The position numbers were made by a program, and so were the translations under genes. Positions 40,506 through 54,210 of a stretch of 60,170 bases of DNA are shown here, piece after piece; the first letter of the stretch is position 1; the number at the start of each line of letters is the position of its first letter. The notes beneath the pieces were generated by a model that did no database searches, had not been told where the DNA came from, and saw nothing but the letters and a program-made list of their open reading frames with translations. Source of the stretch: Octopus bimaculoides (lineage: Eukaryota); NCBI RefSeq assembly GCF_001194135.2, contig NC_068982.1:179163015-179223184 (forward strand), written 5' to 3'.

Positions 40506-42402
40506 CACATCAATCTCAATTGTTTGTGAATACCTACAAATTATAAGCATGCAACTTATTCTTACACTATCTTTCCAAAGCAAAAAGAAAACAAACAAAA
40601 AAAGAAAATTAAAATCTTATTTTACTGAGGATCAATCTGTTATCTGCATAACTTTTGAAATATTCTAAAACATAAACAATAAAATCACAAACAATGCTTT
40701 TCTTTCAAACAATTAAATTAGAATGAGAAATTTAGTGAATTCAGAAGATATTTTTTCTAGTTTGTTTTCCCAATTAGTGGGGAAATCTCTCGCAATTTAA
40801 TAAATATCCTCGTGTTAGATTGTGATACATTTTCTTTTCGCTTTTGTAGTAGAGTTTGCATTACTATTTTTAACGTCGAACCAAACAACTCTCCCTAGAG
40901 TATAGTTGATCGGAATATCGGCTTAATTTATTATAGCTTGGATTTAAATACAAATTAGGAAAACTCTTCAGTAAATGTCTCTGATAAAATTTCACACTGA
41001 TTAACTTCCTCTGTTTTCACAAGCATATTTAGACAAAAGTAAAACACACAACTTTTTGAACATGTATACACACAAACTGGAATATATGAACGTTAAATGT
41101 TTGTGGAATTAGTTTTATATAGGTTTCAGCATTCAGTTGTAATATGTCACGATTTAAAGTCAATATTTCCTGGGGACCCAAGATACATAAAATATCTTGG
41201 TTATCACGTCTCTCACACCTACGTTACTGGTGACGAAACAGCTACTTGTACGATTCTAAGCTATCTACACCCGTTAGTGTTCTCACTACTACATTTCGAT
41301 ACTCTTCAATCAAACAATTACCAATCATCGGGGTGTCTATCCCCACTACACTCTTCATATGTTTGTGTTCAGCATAATCAAGGCAATCCACAGCACATAT
41401 TGCACACAATTTACCCCTGTACTCTCAATCAATTAACTAATTGTAACGCCACCAATTCTATTATAATTATTATCTTTGGCAATAAATGTATATTATCTCT
41501 AATTAGTCCTATACAGGTCCTACATCAAATCGCATATACAGCTAAAAGCCCCAATCGCACTGTAATTCAGAGTTGGGTGACATTTATATACCACAAGAAA
41601 CCTGCCATCAGAAAACCCGCTTATGTGTTCTTATTATGAGAAATTAAAGGTATGTTTAAGAAAAGTCTCCTATTTGTCACTTCTCTATGAACAGTACTCT
41701 CTAAAGTAGAACTCTTTCTGATATGGCCATATGCCTTTCCCCATTTTCTACACACGTTACAAACTTTTTTTATCGCACACACACACACTTTCTCAGCTCT
41801 GCAAGCCTCAACATTACGTCAACTGTCATTTTGAAAATCAGACTGACTGCTCACGAATGGAACATTTGTGAATCATAGACTTGGTCTATCGCGGCTGAAT
41901 TGCAGCTAAACAGCAGCAAGAATAATAAAACTTTTAATCACACATCATACACAGGCAAATAAGAAAACTCACTCCAAACTTCCTATAGGCTACTCCTATA
42001 TGTATTTGACTTCCTAGTTTACCGTACACAGTTCCCAATCGCAACGCATTTCAAAGTTAGTCATGCATTGCATTTTAATGTACAATAAAAATCAAGATCA
42101 TCATTTTCCATCCGCTTACTATACTTGTACATATTACATTAGTCAGCTCTCAACGTCATTACAAATACTAGATTTCATAATTACTGATGAACTGCTGGTA
42201 CAACGGTTTCTGCATCTTTAAACAAGCAAGCAGCAACAAATACTGCTGAGTTCACTTTATTCGCTTGCTTCTAATTGACCTTTAATTTGCTCTTTGTACG
42301 CCCCCGTAAGATTTACAAAACTGCATACATAACATTATACACACATTCTTGCATACCTAAAAAGTATCACAATATAATTGAGTATATGCATATATATTCA
42401 TG

Positions 42403-42445
<43 letters not shown>

Positions 42446-42680
42446 NNNNNNNNNNNNNNNNNNNNNNNNNNNNNNNNNNNNNNNNNNNNNNNNNNNNNNN
42501 NNNNNNNNNNNNNNNNNNNNNNNNNNNNNNNNNNNNNNNNNNNNNNNNNNNNNNNNNNNNNNNNNNNNNNNNNNNNNNNNNNNNNNNNNNNNNNNNNNNN
42601 NNNNNNNNNNNNNNNNNNNNNNNNNNNNNNNNNNNNNNNNNNNNNNNNNNNNNNNNNNNNNNNNNNNNNTATATGTATAC

Positions 42681-42720
<40 letters not shown>

Positions 42721-44238
42721 ATGCATATTAGTATATGTAATATACATGCATGCAAGTATGTATGTATGTATGTATGTATGTATACGTTTATACCTTCAGG
42801 AGTAGAGTGGCAGAAGGTAGGGTGGTGAGTTTTTCCACATAAGTTAGCGTGACATCTATGGCGTGACCAAAAAAATAAGCTAGCAGAAAGTTTAGCATGA
42901 TGTAAAAAAACGCTTAGCGGCATTTCGACTGACTTTACAACATCAGTGTTTTTTTTGTTTTTTTTTCTCCATCTCAGAGAAAAAGAGTATGATGACATTA
43001 CGATATAATTGTTTGAATGTATTTGTGTGTAAAGAAAGAAACAAAGGAAGTGTACTTCATATCTTCACTGTTACTAAGACGAATAAAACCTAGCGTTGTT
43101 TCTCTAATGACATTAAAAATGCCACGCTACCATGTGTATAGTTTTAGTTCAGTAATTAATTCATAGTGAAACAGAAGTAATGTTATATTCTATAAACTAA
43201 TGTTTAACAGGTTCGATTGTAATCAGCTGTGATAAGGCCTATCTATTCAAAAATAATAGAATATTCTGGAAGAAAATTCTCTTAGACATGTCTCTTAGAC
43301 ATTTTGGCACGGGGTAGGGCTGTGAGTGAAGTTTTTAAAACATAGGACACATATTTCTGTGTTCTTATACTTCGTCAGTTATGAAAACTAACTCATTAGC
43401 TCACGGCTTGCTAAATATAGGATTATAGTTATGAAAACAGCTGATGGAGGGTTTACTGGTGTAAGTAAACATGATTTTTCATTAACATATTTTATTCAAA
43501 GCTTTTTCCTTTGACATTAATTCTAGTTAACCAGGTAATTAAAAATGAAAAAAAGAGTAAAAATTAAGTCTGTAGAAAATTTGAATAGTAAAAACTTAGG
43601 TAATTAAAAACTAGAAATCATTCTTAAAGTTTAAAACGATATAAAATCAAAATTAACGCTAAAAGTAAAGAGAAAATGTAAATATCAATATCAGTATATA
43701 TAGATATAGATGAAAATCGATAAAATTAAAAGGAAATACTTAAAAATTTACAACCAAAATATCGAAGATTAAAAAATTGAAAACAATTTTCAAAATTCTG
43801 TTCAAGTTAATATATGTAAACAAAAAAAAAAAATTCAAACATAATATATAAAAATTATAAGTAAAATTGAAAAAATTAATTTGTAATTTCTTTAATTTTT
43901 TTATAACTTGTAATCTTTATCTTTTGGAGTTTTTACCTTTTAAATTCTAATTTCAATTTTTTTAATTTCCAAATTTTTTTATATGCATTTTTTTTATTAG
44001 TCTTATATTTTTTCGACATGCAACTTCATCNNNNNNNNNNNNNNNNNNNNNNNNNNNNNNNNNNNNNNNNNNNNNNNNNNNNNNNNNNNNNNNNNNNNNN
44101 NNNNNNNNNNNNNNNNNNNNNNNNNNNNNNNNNNNNNNNNNNNNNNNNNNNNNNNNNNNNNNNNNNNNNNNNNNNNNNNNNNNNNNNNNNNNNNNNNNNN
44201 NNNNNNNNNNNNNNNNNNNNNNNNNNNNNNNNNNNNNN

Positions 44239-44278
<40 letters not shown>

Positions 44279-44279
<1 letters not shown>

Positions 44280-44550
44280 TCTTTTACTGGTTTCAGCCCG
44301 GGGCTGAGGACATGCTGGTGCACCACATGTAGTTATTCGGTGTTGTTTCCGTTATTGTTTTTGATGAAGAAATATCGAGTTGGACAGAGCTGCTCTTCTT
44401 TGCTTCTCCTGCCATGATGTGGGTTCATCTGATATCTCAGATAGAAACCTGTCCAGACATTCCTTGAAAACTCCCACATAAACACCATGTAGATCTCTAA
44501 GGTTGCCTGACAAGAAAGCTGTTCGGCCCAACAGCCAGATAGAAGAAGTA
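44279..44550 (-). mobile_element. CR1-type LINE 3' end with tail
   Basis: Minus strand LRDLHGVYVGVFKECLDRFLSEISDEPT..RAALSNS (CR1-like ORF2 end: F...LD.FL..+PDEP), then tail GTGGTGCACCAGCATGTCCTCAGCCCCGGGCTGAAACCAGTAAAAGAAT. Confidence 0.7.
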
Positions 44551-44602
44551 CCAAACTTTACAAAAATAAATAGTGGGGCCGATTCGTTCGATTATAATTT
44601 TT

Positions 44603-44672
44603 CAAGGCGGTGCGCTAACATGGATGAAGCCTAATGACTGATACAATTAATAGAATAAAAACATAAAAGAAT
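44603..44672 (+). mobile_element. Isolated family-A/CR1-type 3' tail
   Basis: CAAGGCGGTGCGCTAACATGG..AATGACTGATACAATTAATAGAATAAAAACATAAAAGAAT. Confidence 0.6.
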
Positions 44673-44985
44673 ATATTTATATTAATATATATATTTGTAT
44701 ACACATATGCATATACATACACACACACGCGCACACACATACACATACACAACACACACCACGCACATATATTATTCAATAAATACAATATATGTTTTAT
44801 GTGCTACTGTTATTTTCATGTGTCGAGAGCATGCCAGGCAATATTTTAAACACGCCTGGCAACCTACTAAAGTATTCTAGGATTCTAGGTCCGAAATTTT
44901 CAGCGGTTGAGAGCATATGATTAAGTTCCTGTTGACAAACTAAGAGGTGCCACCCTCTCCCGGTTGAAGAACTATACTATAGACG

Positions 44986-45100
44986 TTATTTGCATTATTT
45001 ACATGTGACGGATATTTGTCTTCATCTTGTTTGTTGATAAATATCCGTCAAATGTAAATAATGTAAATAATGTACGTAATTCCTCATCTCTTAAATATAG
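44986..45100. repeat. Fold-back of two SINE-C tails (35-bp arms, 15-nt loop)
   Basis: 44986-45020 versus reverse complement of 45036-45070: 32/35 identical. Confidence 0.85.
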
Positions 45101-45477
45101 AATTCTATTATACCACAGACTCTAAGCCACTATCTTTACAGTCTTATATTTTACGGTCTATGGTCTCTAATCCGCCCTTTTTGCTTCTTTCTGTTTCCTT
45201 TTTCGTTTTCCTATTTTTCAACCTCCCAACTTTTATATGAACTTCTTTCTTGCTTTTCCTAGCCTTTTCTCTCATCTTATCGTCCAATTTTTAGTTTGAT
45301 ACGCCATGTGGATAGTGCCTGAAGATTGTGCCAAGACATCAGGCGTGTCAAAAAATATCGCCTGACATTATCTAAGCACATGATACTAATAGTTGCACAT
45401 AAAAACTAATTTTGTGTCTATTATCTCTCACCAGATTCAGTACTTTTTTGGTGAACTTACTATCACAGAGCATTACT

Positions 45478-45518
45478 CTATCTATCTATCTATGTATCTA
45501 TGTATCTATGTATCTATG

Positions 45519-45558
<40 letters not shown>

Positions 45559-45610
45559 AGTCTATCTTTAAGTCTATCTGTCCGTCTGTGTGTGTGTCTC
45601 TCTCTCTCTT

Positions 45611-45657
<47 letters not shown>

Positions 45658-45712
45658 GCATATATAGACAGAGAGACAGACAGACAGAGAAAGAAAGAAA
45701 GAGAGAAATACA
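45478..45712. repeat. (CTAT)n/(CT)n/(CA)n/(GA)-type compound microsatellite
   Basis: Read directly from the sequence. Confidence 0.9.
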
Positions 45713-46705
45713 TAGATATGGAAGGAAATAACCAGAATACTTGTATAATCAGTGAATTAAAAGGTCGGAAGTACATAACAGCATGTGCATAGACACTTGG
45801 AGTGGGTTTAAGTAGAGTTAAGTTGGTATTAAATAATCCATAAAAGCATTTAAAAGTGCACAAAGGAACAATATTTAAAATGTTAGTTACAAAACATGAG
45901 AAAGTCGTACCGGAAGATCGTACGAGAGTTGCAGACGATTGGTAAAGGAAACATGGGAGACAGAATGATTGAAGTAAGTGGTTATGAAGTCATTATAAAG
46001 TCAGAAAATTGTGAAATATTCGTGAAAAGAGTGGTTGTAAAGCCATTATAGAGTTCTGAGCTGACTGATTAGATACAATTGTAGATAGTAGGCATGCAAT
46101 ATCGTTGATATAGTGTAGCATATCTGGTTCGGGAATTCAACGATAAAAGTATACAGTCAGTTTAATGGTAGTGTAAAAGTTAGGATTAAGGAAAGAATTC
46201 ATGGAATGAGCATTATGCGTAAAGATTGAGGTTAGAAGCCACTGTAGTCTACCAAGAGTGATCTATTCTAAAAATCGTTTGTATTTTGTGTTCCTGAGGT
46301 AAGATGGGCCGTGCACTAGAGAAAGAGGAATGATGAAGACACAATAATGAAGCGAGAGTGAGGTGGAGTAGGATTTACATTAATAGGTAATATTGAAGAC
46401 AAGAGTAAGAATATGACAGAGAAAAGTAGTAAGAAATAACTGGGAAGAAAAATCTAATAGTGAGAGATCGTTGTGGTTATTGTGATTAGTGAATGGAGAC
46501 ACCATATTTCATTCACCTGTGTACGGTCTATATATTTTAACCTTCAAGGCTCTAAATGTGTCTCATGCTGAAATGGCTTTGATAAATCTTTTGATTTTAG
46601 GTTAAGACGTGATACCTTGTAAAATAACGTATGGGTTTCTTTTTCAGTGCACGCACGAGTTATAGTGTTTCCTGTCCCCATATATGAAAACGTTCTTGAA
46701 AGAAC

Positions 46706-46810
46706 CTTCTTTTTCTTCTCCTCCTCCTCCTCCCCCTCCTCCTCCTTCTTCTTCTTCTTCTTCTTCTTCTTCTTCTTCTTCTTCTTCTTCTTCTTCTTCT
46801 TCTTCTTCTT
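46706..46810. repeat. (TCC)n/(TTC)n microsatellite
   Basis: Read directly from the sequence. Confidence 0.95.
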
Positions 46811-48736
46811 GCCATTTATTGAACAGCTACATCAAGATATCCAAATGTTAAGTGGCGTGGCGTGTATCGAACCATGCACTGTTGCAAACGATCACAAAAA
46901 TCTAATGAGAATTGATCCATCCAATTCTCTCGTGGATTCTGCTCGCGCTTGAGTCTGGTGAATCAAACTAGCAATGTCACACTAACCTGTGTCGTCACGG
47001 TGGCTAGTGAAGGTGTTAAATAATGCTTTCGGTCCCCAAAAGCAGCAAACTTCAGCAGCCATGTAAAATAGTGACGAATACATAAATAAATAAGATATTT
47101 CATCAAGTGTGATTTATGTGTAATATAGAAACATTAAGGATTATTTTCAAGTAGGCATTGAACTGCAATTAGTTATGGATTAATCTTAGCTCTATGAATT
47201 GAGCCTCAAAGGATATAATCACGCTACATCATAAAATATTTTTATGTGTTAAGTGAATTATTTCTCCTTATTATATGATTTCTGTACAAGTAAGAATGAT
47301 AATTGGTTTTTTTCCTCCCTCTCAGTGTTAAGTGATGCATTTTTTTGGAAATGAGTCATGTAAGATATATCATAAATCATATTCTTTATTGCATTGTAAG
47401 GTATTTATATAACTACCAGTTCTTGGGAGACTTTATATTTTGCTTTCAAGTAACGAATTGAAGAAGTAAGATTTGTATATTCATGGTCTTCGTTTCATAT
47501 TCTCGTTATTAGAAACGGTCACAAGTGAAGGTGAAACTATCAATTTTTAATTTGAACTTGTTTCAGCATGTGTTTCACGGACATCTATGTAAATGAAACG
47601 AATTCTCTCAATGATACGGAATTCAGTGAGTATAGCGTTGTGATGGGAGTAGCAGAGAAGGCGTTAGAGTTGTAGCATTGGCAGAAATGCTAAATTATAC
47701 CATTTAATGTTCAGATATATTCATTGTAGTCCCTCTTCATAATAAGTTCTTATCCTAGCTTTTATTTGTATGTCAAATGTCAAACACAAGAAATATATAT
47801 ATATAATGCATTGAAGTTTATACACCCGTCTAACTCACTCTCCTGATTCTGAATTGTCATTTTAAGAGCTATCTGAATATATATTAGCAAAACGCTGTTA
47901 GTTTATAGGTTTGAATCTTCTTATGGTTGCTTGTGACTATCAAAATAAGAAGTCATTGACCCACTTAAATAGATCGGCTGCTGAAGGAAAAAGAACCATC
48001 TCAATTTGGTATAGAGGTTACCTCTTGATTTTTGGTTTTATATTTTAAAAAAAGCACTAGATGTTTTTTTCTCTCTACTTATTGCATAGATAATCTCTCT
48101 TAAAAGTTTTCAACTCCATATATTACTGTATGAGAACCTGCCGTATATTCATATGATATGGTTAAGATTTCAGAGTAAGAGAATATATTGAATATATTGA
48201 ATTCATTTATAATTTCTCCCATCGATCGCAAATATTTCTTATAGAAAGTTCCTTTTGTTGATCATTTCAGTGAGTTTTCTTTCTATAATCGCTGAGTCAT
48301 TGATATCAATATCCGCTCTTCATTTGATTATGTACGCCTCAATATCATCAAGGACTGTGTGGCTTCTATCGCATTCTGTTTCAACGTGAATTTATCAACT
48401 AGCACGTCGTTCGAACAATATCCCAGGAGTATATGTTTAGATATAACAGAATAGAGTGAAAACTGTCCAGTGATCTGTTTGATTGTGTGATCATTCTTGT
48501 ACATTAAACAACCAACTTTCGATCATCTATGAATTTTTATGACGCAGGTTTAACACTTCTGCGAAACAGTTTTGTATGACGAAGTTGGAATTCCTTTGTT
48601 GAAGATACGTCCAAAAGATCAATGGCTATAAATAAGTTTTTGTAAACATATAATGTAAATATTAATATATAAGAAGTCTGAAAACTGTGAAAAACAATGA
48701 CAATTATATAACTTCTAAATGTTTATATATTAGAAA

Positions 48737-48778
48737 TGTGTGTGTGTATATATATTTATATATACATATATATATATG

Positions 48779-48863
<85 letters not shown>

Positions 48864-48985
48864 TTATGTATATGCATATATATATATGCACTTATGTATA
48901 TATACATATATATGTATATATGTGTGTATATATGCATGCATACATATACACTTATATATATGTACATACAAACATACATATATAC
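48737..48985. repeat. (TA)n-rich compound microsatellite
   Basis: Read directly from the sequence. Confidence 0.95.
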
Positions 48986-50064
48986 TCACATCCTTGAATA
49001 TCCATTTGTTGTAATTGTAATTGTCAATAACATTTACAATTTTTGTATTATGTTAACAAATTAACCTTTGTTTTTTTCTCAGATCGAACAGTTTAGAAAA
49101 CCCTAAACTGTACAAAGGCGAATGTTATTAAATTAATAATTTACATTTTCAAAAATTAATCTAAGCTTTTGCGTTTAGATTTTGGTACTACCTCTTAAGC
49201 ATGTCTTTGTTAATCGTATCAGCTGAACTCTTGTAATACCGACAAAGGGTTACAGATGTACTAAATGGAAAAGACTAAAATAAGCTGCAATAACTACAGA
49301 AAACATTTAAAACCTAACCAGTAAGCGTTAAGCGTAGAGACATTTTTATCTCGTATAACATCCCAGGGTCCGTTTAAAATGTCAGTGAGGTAACTGACAA
49401 GTTGCTTCATCTCAGACTGTGTGTTGAAATGAAAACCTCGTAGAGAATCCCTTCTACCCATTTAAGAACATAGATAAAAATAATTATAATCACTGTTCGC
49501 GACTAAGATGCTTTGGAAACCAAGCGACAGAAGTGCAACGAAATTTTTGACGTTTTATGGTAATCAGTAATGTTGCGAAATAAAGGAAACTGAATATGAG
49601 CGATGTTGTGGCGAGTGTCACGATATCCACTGTGAGAATAGACTTGACAGAACGATTATAAATAATAGCGGTCTGAGTGAGAGACAGAGTAGGCGTTAAT
49701 CGCAGGGAGTCGTAAGGTGTCGTTTTGGTAGCTTGTTGGAACATCGTTTGTTGGTTCTTGTATAGTTCGTGGAAAGTTTTTTGGATTGTTACGTTGTTGT
49801 TACCCTGCTTTTTTTTAAAAATATATTTTATTGTTACTAAACGGTTATGGTGTAAACAAGTATCATCATAAATAATGGTAATACTACAATAATTGGCGAC
49901 GAGTAACTGCATTACAATATTGACGACTAGGTTTCGCAGCTCACGCAGGTCACTGTTTTTGATACAAAGTTGTTAATGATGGAAGACCTATTTCCTTCTA
50001 TAATATAGTTGCAAAAGCAACAGCAGCAGGAGTTGCACCAACAACTGTAACAACAACAACTTCA

Positions 50065-51000
50065 ATGCAATCAGTTGCAGTGCAACAGCAACAGCAGAAA
50101 GAGTCGATCAACAATACTCAAGAGTCGATCAACAGTACTCAAGGGTCGAACGAACAACAGTACTCAAGAGTCAAACAACAGTTCCCAATAGTCGAACAAC
50201 AGTTGCTGGAATTAATAAAGATGTCTGGAAACATCCTAAGTTCGTTTTCACCAGACGGCGTATCGAATTCTAAAATGGAATTCAGTTATGACTCAGAAGA
50301 AGGAATAACGTTCGCAACGTACTTTAGAAGGTACGAAGAAATCTCCAGTGAAGATTGCAAGTTGTGGACGGACAACGAAAACGTAAGACTATCATTATGT
50401 AAATTAGCGCCGGCTGAATATGCAAAATATTGTAATTTCATACTACTCCCAAAAAAAAACTAGTGAAATTTGTTTCCAGGAAATAATCGAACTACTATCA
50501 AAAATATTCAGTGATAAGAGTTCCCTATTAAATACTCGATAGGAGTGTTGGAATCTAGTTAAAAGAGTGAATGAAGACTTTGTCACGTGTGCCGGTACCG
50601 TCACCGGAATGTGCGAAAGGTTTAAACTGAAGGAACTAACTCCTGGTATGTTTAAGTGCCTCATTTTTGTACAAGGGCTTGCGGAAAACAAAGATGCGGA
50701 GATACGTGCAAGAATTCTCACAAAACATGAACAAGCGGACGAAACTTTAACCCTGCAGACAGTTGCAGAGGAGTGTTAAAGAATTGTAAACTTATGTCAT
50801 GACGTAAAGAAAATTTAAGAAGATTTCTCACAAGTACAAGCGTGCCGACTGAGAAGATATAAATAATAATTTTAAAAAATGTCAAGACCAAACCCATACC
50901 GCGGATGTGGAGCCCTACATTTCAGGAAGGATTGTTCTTTCAAAAGAGAAAAATGTTACAGTTGACAAAACATAAGGCACAAGAGCTCACAATGTAGAGA
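50065..51000 (+). pseudogene. Gypsy gag pseudogene
   Basis: FSYDSEEGITFATYFRRYEEI..KYCNFILLPKK; FKCLIFVQGL..DAEIRARIL; decayed CCHC knuckles (RGCGALHFRKDC) near 50895-51000; 21-bp repeats at 50100-50175. Confidence 0.85.
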
Positions 51001-51079
51001 AAATTTAGGAAGGTTGACCATAAAAAAGTGTAAAGTTTTCTCAACGGAAAGTAGAAGCGATACGAAAAAGAGGAAATTT

Positions 51080-52585
51080 GCACATGTAAAAGTAAAGGAA
51101 GTGAATATTAAATTACAACTAGATACTAGTAGCGACGTCCCGATTATTAATACCGACACGTGGATAAGAATTGAGAAACCTACGTTAAGAAAAACGTGAC
51201 AGATGAACAACTACTCTTCGTAGTCGAAATGTGGAGTGATATCACATTTCGCGGAAAAACCTGTAGAGCAAAAGTTTTCTTGCTAAAAAATGCAATCAAT
51301 CTCATCGGTACGGAAGGTTGGAATTTTTTGACTTATGGGACCGCCCCATAAGTCTGTTGTGTAAAAAAATAAATAGCTGTCCCGTCAGCAGCTGAATTGA
51401 AGAAAAAGTTAACTTGTTTCTTGAAGTGCTGTCTGATAAATTACGTCTCTGTTCTAAGACTAAGGTCTGTTTTCAAATTAAAGAAAACGTCGTACTTGTA
51501 TTCAAACCTAATAGAACGGGACCATTTGCTGCGATAAAACAGGCAGAGGAAGAATTAGACAGACTGGAGGAATTGAGAATTATTCAAAAAATAGATTATT
51601 CTAAGTGGACAGCACCAACAGAGTGTATTAAGAAAATATCAAACTTAGGGTGTGTGCTGATTTTTCTACTAGTTTGAATGACTGTCTAAAAATGTGCCAC
51701 TATTCACTGCCTACTCCGGAGGATATTTTTGCAAGATTAAATAATTTCGAAACTGGATCTTTCTGATGCGTATCTACAAATTAAAATAGACGAGGAATGG
51801 TCGAATTTTCTAATAGTGAATACGCACAGAGGACTATACAAATATAATAAATTGCCATTTGGTCTGAAGGTCGCACCTGCAATATTTTTATAGGTCATGA
51901 ATGCGATGTTGGTGGACTGACAATTTGCATTTCTATACCTCGAAGATGTATTAATTAAAAGTGAATCTCGTGATCAACATATCACACATGTGAAGTGTGT
52001 TATTCAAAAAATAAGAGATCACAGTTTCACACCCAGTGAGGAAAAATGTGAATTTGTTTTGCCTAAGATTAAATATTTAGGACAAATTAAAAATATGCAA
52101 TTAAAACGCAATTAAAAATATGCCTTCTTTAACTAACGTAGCGACATTACAAGCTTTTCTTGGCCTAGCGAACTATTATCAAAATTACATGCCAAAAACA
52201 TGGATGAATTGAGAGATCCACTTAATAACCTGCTAAAGAAAGATGCTAAATGGAATTGGTCAAATAACGGTCAAAAGACGTTTCAGAATATTAAAAAGAT
52301 ATTAATTTCGGATTTGTCGCTAGCTCATTTCGATCCTGCAGCGGAGTTAGTATAGCTTCTGACGCTTCTGAACATATGAGGCGGTGGTTCATGCCTCACG
52401 TGCTCTGATTGCAGCAGAAAAACTACAGTCAGATACAGAAAGAAGCTCTATCGAGTATTATTGTCGTGAAGATATTTCACTGATTTCTCCACGGTAGACG
52501 TTTTCGGCTTTAGACAGACAACCGACCATTGCTATTAATTTTCGGATCGAAGAAAGGAATTCCTATCCATACAGCTAACATAAAG
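51080..52585 (+). pseudogene. Gypsy pol pseudogene (PR-RT-RNase H)
   Basis: KLQLDTSSD (protease, G>S); EEELDRLEELRII..SKW.AP; LDLSDAYLQI; YNKLPFGLKVAPAIF; LYLED (YLDD decayed); LQAFLGLANYY; HASRALIAAEK.YSQ..KEAL; TDNRPLL.IFGSKKGIP. Confidence 0.9.
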
Positions 52586-52589
52586 CTGG

Positions 52590-53116
52590 CATGGAAGGAG
52601 GGTAAGTGGGAGGTTGTGCTGTGGTGACCGGTGGGGGTCTGTCAGGTGGAGGTGCTGCAGGTCCACGAAATGGAATTCGGGGAGAAGTATAACGCTTTGC
52701 TGAGGAAGGAGGGGGGAAAGCCTGGGGTTGACGTCCCCTAGAGGAATGCTGGAGGAGGCGAAAGGGAGTGCCATGATTTGCAGAACATTGAAGGTATCAA
52801 CAAGGAGAGTGGAGGTGGCAGCAGAGGAGGAGATGGAAGAGTGTCTTCGAGAAGTAGAGGAGACTGTGACATTTTGCACGAGGGGAGAGAGGTGCGGCAC
52901 GGTGGAGGTGCGCTTCATAAACGGAGAAGAAGTGAGGAAGCGCTCCACTGTGCCTTTGAGATCGGACAAAAAGGCACTTCTACTTTCTTGCTGTGGCGAG
53001 CGTACAGCCAGAGTGGGGATGGGTGGGGTGCCCCCGGAAATCGATGAGGCATGGCTGGTGGCAGCCATACTTTATAGCTCGGGGGAGGATACGGAGGTGT
53101 TGGGAAAGAGTGTAGA
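52590..53116 (+). mobile_element. Probable non-LTR retrotransposon ORF1 (gag-like/RRM-like) fragment interrupting the Gypsy pol
   Basis: Abrupt switch to G/purine-rich sequence with a long open frame RTLKVSTRR..GTVEVRF..TARVGMGGVPPEIDEAWLVAAIL. It resembles, from memory, ORF1 of cephalopod L1/Tx1-like elements; unverified. Confidence 0.45.
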
Positions 53117-54210
53117 NNNNNNNNNNNNNNNNNNNNNNNNNNNNNNNNNNNNNNNNNNNNNNNNNNNNNNNNNNNNNNNNNNNNNNNNNNNNNNNNNNNN
53201 NNNNNNNNNNNNNNNNNNNNNNNNNNNNNNNNNNNNNNNNNNNNNNNNNNNNNNNNNNNNNNNNNNNNNNNNNNNNNNNNNNNNNNNNNNNNNNNNNNNN
53301 NNNNNNNNNNNNNNNNNNNNNNNNNNNNNNNNNNNNNNNNNNNNNNNNNNNNNNNNNNNNNNNNNNNNNNNNNNNNNNNNNNNNNNNNNNNNNNNNNNNN
53401 NNNNNNNNNNNNNNNNNNNNNNNNNNNNNNNNNNNNNNNNNNNNNNNNNNNNNNNNNNNNNNNNNNNNNNNNNNNNNNNNNNNNNNNNNNNNNNNNNNNN
53501 NNNNNNNNNNNNNNNNNNNNNNNNNNNNNNNNNNNNNNNNNNNNNNNNNNNNNNNNNNNNNNNNNNNNNNNNNNNNNNNNNNNNNNNNNNNNNNNNNNNN
53601 NNNNNNNNNNNNNNNNNNNNNNNNNNNNNNNNNNNNNNNNNNNNNNNNNNNNNNNNNNNNNNNNNNNNNNNNNNNNNNNNNNNNNNNNNNNNNNNNNNNN
53701 NNNNNNNNNNNNNNNNNNNNNNNNNNNNNNNNNNNNNNNNNNNNNNNNNNNNNNNNNNNNNNNNNAGTGTAGAGATTGAGAGGAGAATTTCTAAAATGAA
53801 AAATGTAATAAGGATTAAACTAGCTGACAGGGGTGGGGAGAATCGAAGTGGGAAGGCGGTGTTGTTGGAGGTTGATAGAGCGGCAAGGTTGAAGAAATTA
53901 TTTGGAGAGAGAATGGATACAACAGGGCTTCGATTTCGTTGCGATGGTTTGCCATCAGTAATAACATTTGAAAATTTGATAGCATTTTTGGTATGACATT
54001 GTGAACAGGATACAAACTGATAAGTAATTACTTTATTTCAAAAACAGTAAAATGGAACTACCTACTTTGGTGGGTGGGTAGGAAAGCCATTCCATTCTCA
54101 TTTCATTTATATTCATATTTCATTCATTATACGTTTTTATGAACCCCATGTATTGTTTGTCCTTGTGGTGTCCCCTCTCTATAAAGGCCATGTGCCTAAA
54201 TAAAAGAAAC

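Larger units (their letters stand above)
49570..52585 (+). mobile_element. Ty3/Gypsy (Mag-like) LTR retrotransposon, decayed: 5' LTR, PBS, gag, PR, RT, RNase H; integrase not seen
   Basis: LTR ends ..ACTACA (49888); PBS TGGCGACGAG (49894-49903); gag, protease, RT and RNase H motifs in Gypsy order. LTR start is uncertain. Confidence 0.9.

Noticed and set aside
41097-41639. 180-aa ORF; also the strand-biased stretch at 45900-46500
   Set aside because: No recognisable motifs; possibly very old LINE relics but unclassifiable.
46827-47012. Acceptor after (TTC)n and a possible exon; similar splice-like motifs at 47326-47359 and 49083
   Set aside because: The pyrimidine tract is a microsatellite, frames close quickly and no protein is recognised; expected by chance in AT-rich DNA.
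52728-53996. 422-aa ORF as one protein
   Set aside because: More than half is N. Only the part before the gap looks like ORF1, and continuity is unproven.
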